Source: Diplonema japonicum (lineage: Eukaryota > Protista > Euglenozoa: Diplonemea). Taken from it: a stretch of DNA of 64,000 bases. Positions within the stretch are counted from its first letter, which is position 1. Every line of letters starts with the position of its first letter. A program made the translations under genes and the position numbers. The notes beneath the pieces were generated by a model. That model saw nothing but the letters and a program-made list of their open reading frames with translations. It had not been told where the DNA came from and made no database searches. Shown here piece after piece: positions 18,901-32,726 of this stretch. The stretch lies in assembly GCA_964019335.1 (NCBI GenBank), contig OZ025725.1:372001-436000 (forward strand). Direction: 5' to 3'.

Positions 18901-21900
18901 GAAGTTATGCAGAACATCTTCGACTCTGTCCTGTTCGAACCTGGCAGGTACCAGTCGGTGGAGCACACCAACGTTTCCCCCACATGTGTGCCTTCCGAGA
19001 AGGACGAGCTCCTCAGCACCCCTTATGGCTTGCTCATCAATGAGCTTCAACACAGTCCACACGCCATTATCGACCCCTTGCTGGCACTCCTTGACCTTGC
19101 GGTGGAGCTTGACTCGGGCACTGTGTTCAACGACACGGCTGTGGAGATCATGTGCTACTTGGTGAGGATGCTGTCACGCGTCTATAACTACCTGTCGTTC
19201 CTCCTGCAGCACGCTACCCGGAGACACAAGTCTTTCGATAAGCCTCTCCGCGGTTTGAACATACAGCCCACTTCGTTGCGCGCCATCGCAACCTTCCACC
19301 GTGTGTTCCAAGAGAGGCTCCACAACGAGCTGCAGCCTATGCTTGAAAAATGGATGGAAGAAGCACGCAACTCTGTTATGAAGCACGAAGGGGAGACCAA
19401 GTCCGTTGAGACCACCGAGCTCGACCGTGTCACACAACTGATTTGCAAGCTCCAGGCACATGTACTGCTGCTGCATAGAAACACAGAAACGCTCGATGCC
19501 ACGTCAACAGGCACGTTGTTGGGGAGCTTTGTGTACATGTCAGCGCGTCACACGTGGAACCAGAAGCTGATCCCTGTCCCCGAGACGGAGCTCTATGAGA
19601 TCATTCACCTGCAGCGAAGGTCTTTGGTGGAGTATCTCTGCACGTCGGGGTCCAGCGCCATGTCATTTGTGCTTGACGGTGTCGTGCGTACAACTACGGA
19701 CCATGGCGGCAGAGAGCCCACAGCAGGAAGCAGGGTTCGGAACTGGTCGTACGTCGATGGCTCTAGCAACATCGGGAGGTTCACGATCCACTCCACGCGC
19801 GCCATGCCGATGATGGCGCAAGAGCTTCGCGACGACTTGAAACGGAGCTTCATCTCAAAAAGCCTAAACGAAGAGGTGCCGTTCACTGCGGACGGGTTTC
19901 AAACAGACGAGATCAACTTGCAGACGTTTCAACTCACCTTCAGGACGTGCCACCTCAAGGCACTCCCCGAACAAATATGCTGCAACGAGGACGTGGAAAC
20001 TGTGTTTTACGAGCAGCAGGACAGGCTGAGCGTCTTCCAGTGTGCGTCTGTCGAAAATGCACAGCACCGTGAGTGGGTGAGACTTGTCGGGCAGGAACAC
20101 GACATTCAACACTGGAACACATCAGACCCGCGAATGTTCCTCGCTGAGAATGACAGGATGTACCCTGAGTTCCTTAAAGACAGCGAGAAGTGGATAGAGG
20201 ACATCTTCGAACCTGTGAGGAGGAACAACTTAGAGCGCCCTCCATGGCGGCCACCTATTCTCATATATCTTCCCGAGAAAACCATCACTGAGTCAGAGAC
20301 AACAGTGTACCTGGAGGCCATCGACTCTGAAACAGGCGGGGTTATTGCGGAAGTATATGTGTTCCGGGCGCACAAAGCGGTGCACATCTACGAGCCTTTG
20401 TGGTTCGGCAGACGGAGATACAGGTCACTTGGGTACACTTCTGATGCGCGGTCTTCACTGCTGGCACTTCAGCCAAGCACGAAGGACAGGGACACCAAAT
20501 GGGCACCGTGGGCACGGTACGAGGCAGGTCACATTAACACGAAGAGCCAAGGCAGCGATTGCATCATCCTCCGCCACGCCACAGCGATCTCAAGCACATC
20601 AGGGCAGAAGTATTATGGCATAGAGGGCAACCTCAGCGGTGGCATCGAGCAGTTCATTCCTCAGCGTCTCCTGCACGGCCTTATTCCAAGCTGCCTGCTG
20701 GATTCGTACCTGTTCTGGCAGGACACTCAAGACAATCTAAGGGGCTACCCCATCAAGAACGAAGACCCAGAGGTTCAGCAGCCGCAGGATATTATTTTTG
20801 TCCAGCTACGCGATGTGAGCTACAAGCCCATGAAGGCGTCCTTCCCGCATACTGTGGCAAGGATAACAAAATACAGCCACTGGAGCCACTGCCCTAGAAC
20901 GCAGGATCCCAAGAACACCCCCGTGGAGCACTCTGAAGGTGCTGTGACGGAACTCCCTGACCTGGACCTTGAGCTGGCCCTGACACGCACTTCGACAACT
21001 GACGATGTGGATGAGATGCTCCCCAGGCAGAGCAGTTCTCAGCAATGTCATGATGAAAATATGTTGCTGCTTGACCTGCTGCACGCCGCAGAAGGTACCC
21101 CTCTCTTTAGCTTGGCACGACTGCTGATGCACATTGAAGACTTGTCACACATCCTAGCATGGACAAGGGCAGACTACAAAGACGGCGACCCATTTGAGAT
21201 CAGCAGGATACAGCTACCAAGGTTGAAACTCAACTTTACTGCGAAAGCCGACATATCCGGGGAGGTGAGGCTGTACTCCTTAGATCATGCTCACTTGTTC
21301 GTGTCGAATGACAGAAACCCTCTAACACTGAAGCTGCTGCAGGGCATGCCGCACGCACTGTTGATGCAAGACATCCATGGGCAGGTGTCGGTGTTGTTTC
21401 CCTCCTTCAATGTGAAGAGGCCTGACATCGACGACAACCCGTTCTCAACAGACATCGTCATCATACGCAACGACATGGAGTGGCTCATGAACTGTGACAC
21501 GAGGTACTACCTGTACCCTATACATGTCTCGTTGTCATTCTTGTTCACGCCGACCTTGGCCGCTGCATTGTACTTGTTGCTACACAAATTTAACTATCGT
21601 GACTACGAAGAGTCCTTCAGACTGTCTGGTGCCATCGGGACAGACAGGGAGCTCACAGCGGAGGAAAACCAGATTTTTGACAAGCTTGGGAACATTGTTG
21701 ACACGCACCCTGACGCACATGCGTGCAGGTGCAAGATTAGTCTACTGACTGCAGACTCACCATTGGAATTCCAATGGTACGTGCCAAGGGAGTCGACTAA
21801 ATACCTTCTGAAGAAGTCGAAAGTATCCGCAGCGTGTAAGCTCAACGACATGGAAGAGAAGCTGCTGATGTGGATCTCGTACTCTACAGAGGAGAAGATG

Positions 21901-24900
21901 AAGATCATCGAAGCGCAGAAGGCAAAAGATAAGTACGCCTTCGACCTGGTGTCAGACGCTGTTTACGAGAGTTTCGACAGTGTGCTAGAGGGGACAACAA
22001 ACAAGGTGAGACGCATCAAGACTTTCATCAAAGAGGTCAAGGAGAAGATCAACACGACACTGGACCTGAAGTGCGGCCGTGATGAGATCTTCCGTCTCGT
22101 GAGCATGTTCCTCAACGTATACCCGCCGTGCCTGGAGCCGTACTACCAGTGCTTGCTGTTCAACTACAGACAGTACCTCTCTGCTGTCGTTTGTGAAGAA
22201 GATGAGTGTGAGGTGCAGCTTCCTCCCATGGGCAAAGACGAACACTGGAACTTCAAAAGCGACTTGACCGGGTTAAAGGCATTCCCCGCAGCAAGGTTCC
22301 TCAATGTGAATCACTGCCACGAGAACCTCGTGTCTTTGAATGGCATCCTCAGCAAGATGAGCACCCTCACTGAGTGCTGGAAACGCAGGAATGAGAACCC
22401 GAACTCGAAGGATGAGTACGATGACCGGGTCATGCTGACGGGGACTGACGGGAACAACCATTCCATCCTGTGGTACTACAGCCTGCTGAGGGGGAAGACA
22501 AGATTCAAGGTAGGAAAGTTCAGGAGCACCCCGTGGTGCGTGTTTTGGATGATGCTCCCCTTCCACAGGCTTGCTAAGGATGCCAAGAAGTCCTTAGACT
22601 CTAGCGACACTATCATGAACAACTTCCTTGTGGCGTGTGCTTATGCGATCAAGAACAACCCATCTGTGCTCCCAAAGCTTCCTGTGTGGGAACCCGATAG
22701 GAAGAAGCACAAGTACACTGCTGACTGGGACACAAGTGTCCCATACTGGGAGAACTTCATAAGGCAGTTCTCGAAGGTGCTCAATGAGAGTGACCTGAGC
22801 GAGCTTCCTAACCCGAAGATCTTTGCAACCTTGAAGCCTGCCCCCAGGTACATGAAGGTGGTACCGCCCCTGTTGGAGAGGGCGTCTGTCGAGACACCTC
22901 TGACGTCGACGATGATCCTGCCGATGCTGACGAACTCGAGGTGCTCGTCAAGACTCCTGAAGCCGTCACTGGTCAATGGTCTCACGAGCAGGCAGCAGGA
23001 ATTGCTAGTCATAAAAGAGAATGACCTGCAAGCCTTTGTTTCCTGTCCACTGCAAGTGGTAGGACTCGACAAATACCTAGGGTACGTTACTCGGGACGAG
23101 CTCGGGTTGGACAGGGTGCCCTCAGAGCTACCATTCGATCTGTCAAAGCACCCCACATCCCACACGGTGGTGTCTGTGTCCATGGTGAACCGGCTCACCG
23201 CAGACATGGAGGAATTCGCGAAGGGGACCAATGAATCCACCATCCCCGCCTTGAAGGACTTGCACCCCAGCGAGCTGCGCAACATGCTGAACGGTGAAAA
23301 CGGTAAAGTACAGGAAGTGATCACCTCTCTGGAGATTCTGCTGGCGGACCTCACGAAGCTCCGCAACGAGGGTGTCACTTACATGGACACCATCCTTCCG
23401 CTCATTGTTAAGCTCGGCAATCATGTCCCGAAGAGCGACGCTTCGTGCGCCGGGATTTCCTTCATGTTGCGCAGGTACTGCAATCAAGAAGTTAACATAT
23501 GGCTGGAGTACATGTTCGGTGGGATGGTCAGCAGCAACATGAAAGAGGACATGCAGAAGCTGAACCCGTTCCTCTCTGACGAGGCAGTAGCGACGATTGA
23601 GCAGCTTGTAATCTCATCTGTTCTGATGGCGTGCCGTGTAGGCCATGCGAACAAGGCACGCGATGAGATCCAAGGGCTCATCGATGTCCTCAAGAGTGTG
23701 CAAAGATCTCGCGCGCTCAAGCAAGATGCCTTCGTGGCACACCTGCAGCAGAAGACCGACGCGGTTGCCAACTGCCTTGCCATGAGGCGGATGTTCTTCG
23801 AAACCACCGACAAGGGGCACACCTTCGACCCCCGCTTCATGATGTTCGAGTTCATCCTGAACATCGTACTGCGCGAGGAGCAGATTATAATGGTAAAAGA
23901 CTTCATGCATAGCCTGCAGAAGCCAGGGGGCTCTCTTGTGAAGCAGATGATCATGGGCGCTGGGAAGACAACTGTGGTAGGACCGCTAGTAGCGTTGATG
24001 GCCGCAGATGGCGACACGCTGATCATGCAAGTGGTGCCCGCTGCGCTGCTGGACTTCTCAAGAGGCGTGTTGAGGAAGACCTTTTCGTGCATCATGCGAA
24101 AGCAAATATTCAGTTTTGAGTGCGACAGGACCGGCGAGGTGGACACAGAGGTGTACGACAAGTTCAACAGAGCTCAGCGAACCTGCGGGATTGTTGTCAC
24201 GACGCCTTCTTCGGTGAAATCCATTTACCTTAAGTTCATCGAAGGGCTGCATAGGATGGAGGACACCAGCCTCAAGCCGCCGCTGCCTGAGGAAGAGAAG
24301 GAAGTGCGAATCCTAGCAAAGCTGCTCAATCAGTGGCAAAGCGCCGTTCTTGTCATGGACGAGGTGGACTTGCTGCTGCATCCCCTGAAGTCCGAGCTGA
24401 ACTTCCCTATCGGCGTGAAGCATGACCTCGACTTGGTGCCAGCACGATGGAGGTTGTGCATTCATCTTCTAGACGCAGTGTATTACAACAAACTGAGCAG
24501 GATGACCGTGCCCTTCAAGGACTCGTCGAAGGCAAGGGAGATCCTTTCTTTGCTGTGCGACGTCCTTGACGAGGGCTACAAGAGCAAGGCACTCCAACCC
24601 CTGCCGCACGTTATCTTACTAAACCTGAATTTTTACGAAACCAAGATGAAGCCTTTGATGGCCAGGTGGCTGCAGCTTTGGCTGCACTCGCAGCACCTCA
24701 CCGCCCTGAACGAGGACGAGGCCGTCAACTTCCTGATGCACCGCGACGACAGCCTCGTTGGGTTGATACGAGAAAGGCAGGTCCTACCGTACCATGTCAA
24801 GATGCTGAACTTGGGATATGATTGGCTTAACTCGTATCTTCCCCATGTGCTGCAGAAGATCAACAGAGTGTCCTTCGGTATCCTTGAGGAGAGGGAGATC

Positions 24901-27900
24901 AAGAAATTCCTGCAAAACCAACCCCTGACGCCGCAGACAAGGATCAAGCTCGCGATACCTTTCATCGGGAAGGATCAGCCGTCGCACAGCAGTGAGTTCG
25001 CCCACCCCGACATCGTCATCGGGTTGTCGGTGCTTGCCTACAGATACACAGGGCTGCGTGAGCAGGACTTCAATGCTGTGCTCAAGGAGATCCAAAGCAC
25101 TGTGGAGAAGGAGCCTGGGAAGTATTCTCAACGCAAGACGAATGTCATGTACGAGAAATGGGTGGAAGCTGCTGGTGGGAAGATCCTTGAGCATTTCAAC
25201 TACATCAAGAAGGTCGCAAAGGAGTCCGAAGAAGACATCACGTTGCAACCTTCAGAGTCTTACGCGACGGTGGAGGGAGCGGACAAACCCGAAGTGGTTC
25301 CTTTGCGACTGCTCAAACAGAGCAACAGAGAGGAGGTCACGAAGCTGTACCACCTCCTCAAGAGAACACCCGAGGTTATACACTGGTTCTTGGAAAACAT
25401 AATTTTCCCGGAGTGCATGCGACACCAAGTAGTCAAAATGAGCGCCTCGGGTCAGGAACTTGGTGGGACAATGGTGTTCGGACGCAGAATTGGGTTCTCT
25501 GGAACACCATCCGACCTGCTGCCTGAAGAACTCGGGAAGTGCGACTATGAAAGATGCACCGACGGAAGGCTCATACACACTTTAACAAGCACCGACACTG
25601 TAAGCTATAGGATTCTCGATGCTGGCTGGACAGTGCGTAGCGTGCTGAACCTTATCTGCACAACCAGTCCACCCTTCCACGCGCTCATCGACACCGGGGC
25701 CCTCATCACTGGGATGAGCAACTTTGAAGTTGCAAAGTACCTCCTGAAACACGGGCTCCCTACTATGGAGGGATGCGTGTTCGTAGACGAGCACAACAGA
25801 CAGATGATCCTAGTCCGTGCCACAGGGAGGGTCCTGAAGCTCGAGGAGTGCGGCATCCCACCTCTGAAGAGGTTTATGTTCTACGATCAGGTGCACACCA
25901 CTGGGATGGACGTGGCACATACTCCAAATGCGCAGGCTGCACTCACAATGGGCAAAGACATGACCTTCAGGGACTTCAGTCAGGGGGCTTACAGGATGCG
26001 TGGTATCGCAAAGGGGCAAACAGTGCATCTGCTTATCATCCCTGAGGTGTACGACCTCATCAGCAGGGAGGTGAGGGCATGCGGTGGGAGGCCGCTCGAT
26101 ACGCCGGTGCCCCACAATGCAGAGAACAACCATCGGGTTCTGGTCGACTGTGTCACGTGGCTCATGGTGAACTCGATGAAGATGGAGCGCATGCAGTTCA
26201 ACCAGCTCTGCGTCCAAACCACTGCCAACGTCTACCGCAAGGCAGCCTTCCGCCATCTCCACCAAACTCATCGGGTGTTCACCCTAAGAGGAGGTGTCCG
26301 CCCCACTACGCAAGCCCGCAACGCTCTGAACGTGTTCCGTGAGCCTGTGTCTTTCCATGTGCCCGAGGTCGTACCACAGAGTAAGATGTTTTCCGCTGCG
26401 CTAGAGGACCTCACGACTGCTCACAAAGAGTTCATCAAGGGGAAGGAAGCAATAGAAGTTACCAAACGTGTGCAGGAGAAAGTCCGCCAGGAGGACGAAG
26501 TGAACAGACCGAACCACGATGTTCAGATGGTACAGGAACAGGAAGACGAGAAGGAACAAGAAGAAGAGAAAGAAGTAGAACGAGAGATTGAGATAGAACG
26601 GTTCATCGACTTGGCATACTCCAGGGACGACGAAGCGCCACAGCCGTGGCCTGTGGAGAGCCTGGGGAACCTGAAATGTATCTACTACCCTTCTGTCGGG
26701 ACAGTGCAATGTGAGACACAGTTGTTCTACAACTTGCAGAAGTTCAAGCTGTATAAAAGGCGCCCGCTTGACTTCCCCGATTCGCTTCTCCTCTCGAATA
26801 ACTTCTTCAACCCCTCATGGGGTGGGCACAGAAGGATCAAGAACGTCATCGTCATCCTGGAATGGGTTCACAACGCCGGCATGATCAAGGTCAAGCCCAC
26901 ACCGTCACGCGACTACGGAGAGTACCTCGCGGCAAACAGCGACGCCAACGACCAGGTGCAGCGGACGCTAAAGCTCTTGGTTAAGGACGGCAAGATGGAG
27001 ACCACTGGCATGACCGACCTGATGAAGATAGCCCTTGGGCACAGCGTGTCGAGCGCGGATATGTCAGCAGAAGTCATGGCATCCCCTTCGCTTGATGTAA
27101 GTGAGGCCACTGAGATCCTGAAGGGCAACGCCCTGCGAGGCGAGGAAGACGGGCGCCACTTCATGGCAGTTTCGCTTGCTGAAGCAGAGACGCTTCGGAG
27201 AATCATCCACATCAAAGGTAGTGCCGGGTTGCCGTTTTTGGACGGAAACCCCTCAACGCACGTGGCTTTGAGACACGTTCCCTCCGGCAACAAGGTGATC
27301 GACGCCAGCACTGAGTTCCCCTTTGCGAAGCACAACTACCAGCACTACAAAGCTCATGCCTGCTTCAAATTTTTTGATTGCGAAATGCAGTATTCTGGTA
27401 GCGCGCAGAACTTACTCCTACGTTCGATGCACTGCTCGCCTCCCAAGCAGCGCATGGTGTTCTTCACACAAGTCATGGGGTGCAGAAGGAGAGGAGGGCA
27501 GAAATGGGAAACAACGCCGTTGTCACAGGTGTTCCGGTTGTCCAGCGCGTTCACGCTGCTGCAGCAGAAGGCCATTGGTGCTGTGATGCGCAGGAGGATC
27601 AAAGAGAACAACCTCCTCCTTGGCGATGCTTTCAAGGCGTTCAACCCTTCGGGTTCTGGTGTCCTGTCACCTTCGGAGGTGTGGGGTGCTCTTACATGGT
27701 TGGGCTTTGAGACCTCTGCAGAAGAGATCCTGCAATTCGTGCAGACAGCCGACACCATTGGGGACGGCAATGTGAACTACCCTGACTTCCTGCAGATCTT
27801 AACTGGCGAGCGGGAGACGGAAGAGGACCTGAACGCTGCGGAGGATGCAGGGAAGACCCTCCCAAGCGTCCCATCCAGAGGGGAAGAGGTACTGAGAGTG

Positions 27901-30900
27901 CTTCGCGCAGAGATCTCCGCGATAGCACAGAACGAGGAGGCCATCGCACTAAAGGAGCAGGAGGAAGAGGACAGGGAAGCCGCGAAACTAATCGAAGAGC
28001 AAGAGGACACCATGTTTGCCCTGTCAGGAAGGGTACCCAACCCGCACATCGAGGCGAAGACTGTGAAATTCGACTTTGCTCAGAACGCGCTGCCGAGACA
28101 CGTGGTTGCTTACGGGAAGGCAAGGACACACCGCGAGAAGCCTGTCGTCTACTTGCAGTCGATGAACGTGTCGGGCTTGAATAGCCCCACGCCACTTCGT
28201 GACAGAGAGGAGCTGAGAGAGAGGGTGAAGGAAAAAGAACCCACACACATAACAGGGTGGGACATCGGTGAGGAATCGTACCTGAAGCTCCCCTTGAGGC
28301 TCATTGACAAGGAAGCACTAGGGATGGAAGTAATCGATGATGGACTGGACTCCGAAGCAGAGAGCTGGGCCCACACGTACACCGAAGATGAGACCTGCAC
28401 AGACACCGACTACGACGAAAGCGGTGATGGCGACGAGTTCATGGAAGCAGAACTCCTCTCCAACAGCGAGCTCTCTGTCAGGTCACACGGAGACAGGGTC
28501 GTGATGTGGCACATGGGCGACGTAGTCGTCAGGATGTTCACAGTGCACTACGAAGGAAACCACTTCCTTGGATACACCGTGAACGGTGCCTCACGCCCTG
28601 CACTTACAAAGGTCACGATTCGCAGGGACCCTTATGAGCTATACTTCCCTGAACACGGAAGGGGCCTGCAGCTTCCATCAGACCCTCATGCTGCTGTACG
28701 CGTGTTGCACAACGTGAGGAATCTCTGCGTGGATGCCTCAGTCACACACGACATCACACCCGACATCAATGTATGCAAAGACGTAACAACCTCACAACAC
28801 ATTTCTTTTTTTTCAGATACACCCCCCTGAGCGAGGGTACCGTGAGTGGTGCATTACGCTGGACATGAAATTCCCCACCAAGCGGACTTTCAGCGAGGTG
28901 TGCTTGGCCAGGGTGAGCACGAAGTGTGTCTTCGTTGTGTCAAGCGATGGTGTTGTGAAGTGCGATGAAGAGATCAGCGACGACGAGGTATGCATAGCAC
29001 CACGTCACATGTTGTTCAGGAGTCCGACGTCTCGGTGATGGATGACATTGATGACTTTGGGACAGACCCCTTTGGTGGGCTGGGTGGGTTCATAGGCTTC
29101 AACGGCTTTAAGAAGTACTACATGTCGTCTGACACTGAGCTCAGCGACGACGAGTTCTTTGGTTTTGGCAACAATGTTAAAAAAGAGGAGGACAGCGAAG
29201 AGGTGAAAGAGATCCTCGCAGAATTGTCGAAGATGGACGCTGACAAAATGCTGGCGGAAATGCTCGCCGACCAGAAAAAGAAGAAAGGCGAGAAGAAAGA
29301 CGAGGACAGCTCCGATGAAGAGGAGGACCACGTGTCCGACAGGTCAAGCACCTCTGCGGAGAGCAACCTTGCCAAGCCGAGCACGAACAGGGTCCCTATC
29401 GACGACGGGGAGGTATGCTATGCTGCAATGCGCCTTATCAAACACATCACATCAGTGGCACATCGTAACGCTGAAAGTTTTCGAGCCCATCAAAGATGAC
29501 GCTGAAGACGTCTCTCCGGAAAAGCCTGATCTCTCTGACAAGGGACAGAAGGTATTAAAGCAACAACTCAAGTTACTTTGACATTTCTCACAGCTTGAAG
29601 ACGGATGGCTTGTACACCACAAGACACATGGGTACTGCATAGCGCACCCCGTCGGGGAGGCCTACACTATAGAAGTCCTCGATTCACATGAAAAGGTAGA
29701 TGGTGTTCCACGAGAGGACCTGTACTACGCCAAGCGCCCGCTGCGGAAGGAAGAAATCGTCTTCACGAAAAAGAAAAGCGGCTACACACAGGTACGTGTC
29801 ACTTAAACCAACAGCCACCGGACGCATCACACAGGGCTTTGTGGAAGTGGTTCACAAGGATGGGGCGTACAGCATTGCCTGCGATGATGGGTCGTTCCAC
29901 CACAATGTGAAGGCAGATCACGTAGACTCGGCTGATGAGGTATGTACACTGTACACCTGTTGAATCACATAAATTCAGTACTCGCGCAAGACAGGCAGCA
30001 TCGAGGAAGGCGCAAGGGTGTGGGTCCGCCCTGAGGTGCGCAAGCCTGTATATGGGTGGAACGGCGTAAAGCACGGCGACATAGGTGAGGTTGAGTGCGT
30101 GTGTGACACGACTGTGACCGTGCACTTCAGCAACAACGACTGCTGGGAAGGCGAGATGGACGAACTGGCCATTCCACCGGAGGATGTCCTGCGCAAGCAC
30201 GACAAAAACCCCGAGGAAAAACACCGCCCTGTCTGCCTGCAAGCCTTCATCGACGGCAAGCAAGTTGAAGTCGACGGGCAGCCCAGGGCAAGGTACACAA
30301 GGCTCAGAATGGAGAAAGGCCTACAACTCTTCGGCGGCGACAAGATAGGCGCATTGAAGATGCTTGGCGGGATCGTGAAGTGGGCGGACCTGTCAGTGCA
30401 GCACCAGGAGGAGCGCGATATCCTAGACAGCCACAAGACGTACCTTGAGGGGTGCCAATGGGCATGCAACCATTGCAACAAGGACAACCAGCGTACCATC
30501 AACACGTGCGAGTCGTGTGCCCACGCAAGGTACACAGTCCCCAAGGAGTCAGGCACTCGAGGGGTAGTCGACACCGATGCTGAGGACGACGCGGAAGCCA
30601 TCGCCGAGCGCAGGAAGGTTGTCGGTGCTATGCCACGCTCTCAGCTTGCAACGGAAGCCAGAGCAAAAGCCAAGCGACGAGGAAGGAAGTTTGTGAAGTG
30701 GGTACTACAAAGGGACGATCCTCGTTACAAACGGAAATCGGAGCAAAAGAGCAAACAAGATGTTAAAGACAAGCAAAAGGCAAAACGTGTTATCACAAAA
30801 AAGCTTCAAGAGCTCTGCGAACAGTACGACAGCCAGATCCAACCCCTCTCGCACCAGATCGAGAGGCTCGAGCTGCAAGCTCATCAGCAGAAAACCCATG

Positions 30901-32318
30901 ATATTCTGAATCAACAGGTTGAAGACCTTAGGCACAGAATACAAATGCTGGAGTACGAGAAGGACATGCACGAGATACCTTGGAAGGAGAAGGAAGTGTT
31001 CCTCAACATGAAGTACCTTCCTTTGAAGTACCCCGACGAACTGGAGCTGAAGGAAGAGCACACGGAACTGAAGACCTCACTGGTCAAGCTGAAGCAGGCG
31101 AAGATGAAATGCGAGCGTGACATCAAGGTGGCACCGCTGGAGCTGCAAATCAAGAAGCTAAGCGACAAGCTGAACGACAAACGAAGCAAGAGGCAAGGCG
31201 GGAACCACGGGAGACTGGAGCAGCAGATCAACCAAACACAGGCAAAGATCAACCGCATGAACGTGCAGCACGAACGTGACATGGAGAAGTTCGAGAAGCT
31301 AGAATCGAAGCTGTACAAAGACGTCGATCAGATGCGAGTGGCGAGCAGGCTGGCAAGGATCGAAAAGAAGAAAAGAGAACGCGAGGACTTCTCCAACGAC
31401 ACCGACTCCGAGACATCTGCCACCGACGTTGACGAAGAAGAAGAGGACGAGGAGGAGGACGAGGACTACGACGACGACACATCATACTCCTCCTCCTCGC
31501 TGAGCTCCCTCATCATGACTTCAATCGACAGCAGCGACATGTGGAACAAGAGAAGGAGAAAGGCGACCGGAGGGAGGAAGAAGGTGTACCGAGAGGAGTC
31601 GGAAGACACGTACACAAGTGAAGAAAATGAAGAAGAAGAAGAGGAGGAGGAGGAGGAGGAGGAAGAGGAGGAGACAATGACCGAAGATGAATGCGAACAG
31701 CAGTGCAGCGATGCTGAGACAGAAAGGTCCGGCTGCACTAGCAACGACTCGCAACATGCAGAGATGTCTGACACCATGAGCAAGAGCAGGAGCAGTACCA
31801 GAAGTACGAGCTCCTTGCCAAGTGGAGGGAGAGGACGGCACACCACAAAGCCTGCAAGATCTGTGAGCAGTGAAGCCAGCAATTCAACAGGCTCTGCAGA
31901 CAGCGACTGTGCCACTGGCACAAGCCGCACCACAGGAAGCGAGCACTCTCGTCAGGCAGCTGGACGGGGGAGGGGTGGTTACAAAGGCAAGCCTTCGACA
32001 ACGGAGTCCGCAGGGAGTGACAGTGGCAGCACAGGTAGCGGTAGCACTTCTTCTTCAAGCGTCAGCTTAACTGGACTCCCAGGAAGGGGCCGAGGGAGGG
32101 GGTCCAAAGGCACACCTTGTCCTACTGTCAGCAGCGGCCGTGGCAGCAGCCATCGCAGCAGCAGTGCTAATGAAGAAAGCGATGATGACGAGAACAAGCC
32201 CCTCTTACCAGAGGTCTCGCAGCCTTCACGTCCGGTTCCCGCACCCAGCAAAGGAAAAGGCGGCAAAGGAAAACAAGGCAAAAATTCGAAAGGTAAGAAG
32301 GGAAAGAAGAAGTTTTAA
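16000..32318 (+). CDS. Giant (~5,357 aa) DUF3638/DUF3645 SF2-helicase-like protein with EF-hands, LamG-like, HERC2-like SH3 and RanBP2 zinc-finger modules; join(16000..28770,28817..28987,29020..29412,29456..29551,29594..29791,29835..29939,29979..32318)
   Basis: QMIMGAGKTT, VMDEVD, SSEFAHPD, GFSGT, LIDTGALI, FYDQVHTTGMD. EF-hand-like FNPSGSGVLSPSE and DTIGDGNVNYPDF. Six 32-46 nt GTA..CAG introns join the ORF-track pieces into one stop-free frame. VRKPVYGWNGVKHGDIGEV and WACNHCNKDNQRTINTCESC lie in the last exon. Confidence 0.85.
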
Positions 32319-32687
32319 TATTTCTTTGTTGTTGTTTTTTTTATTTTTTTTTTTTTAAAGACTGAGCATGTTTTTGGGTTGTTTTTTTTTTTGTTTTTGT
32401 ATTCTCCATTTTCTTTTTAAACACAACTTTTCTTTTTTTTCTTCTTTTTTTTAACTTTATGTTTGCTGCACCGGTATTTTTTTTAACTCTCTAGCTTACA
32501 GCCCCATTACTAGTGCGGGCTCCTTTTTTTTTTTTTTTTTTAATACTCACAGTGTTTTAGACAAACATTAAAAAAAAAAAAATCGACACCCACTTATATT
32601 CCCCCCCCCCCCCCCACCAATAATTCACTTTCTTTTCCAAAAAAAAAACCAAAGGAGGGACCCACAAAAGAGGGGGGCTGGGAGGTC

Positions 32688-32719
<32 letters not shown>

Positions 32720-32726
32720 GGACCAA

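Noticed and set aside
28771-28830. Stop at 28830 as the end of the 4276-aa protein, with 28990 and 30018 ORFs as separate genes
   Set aside because: Consensus micro-introns join them in frame.
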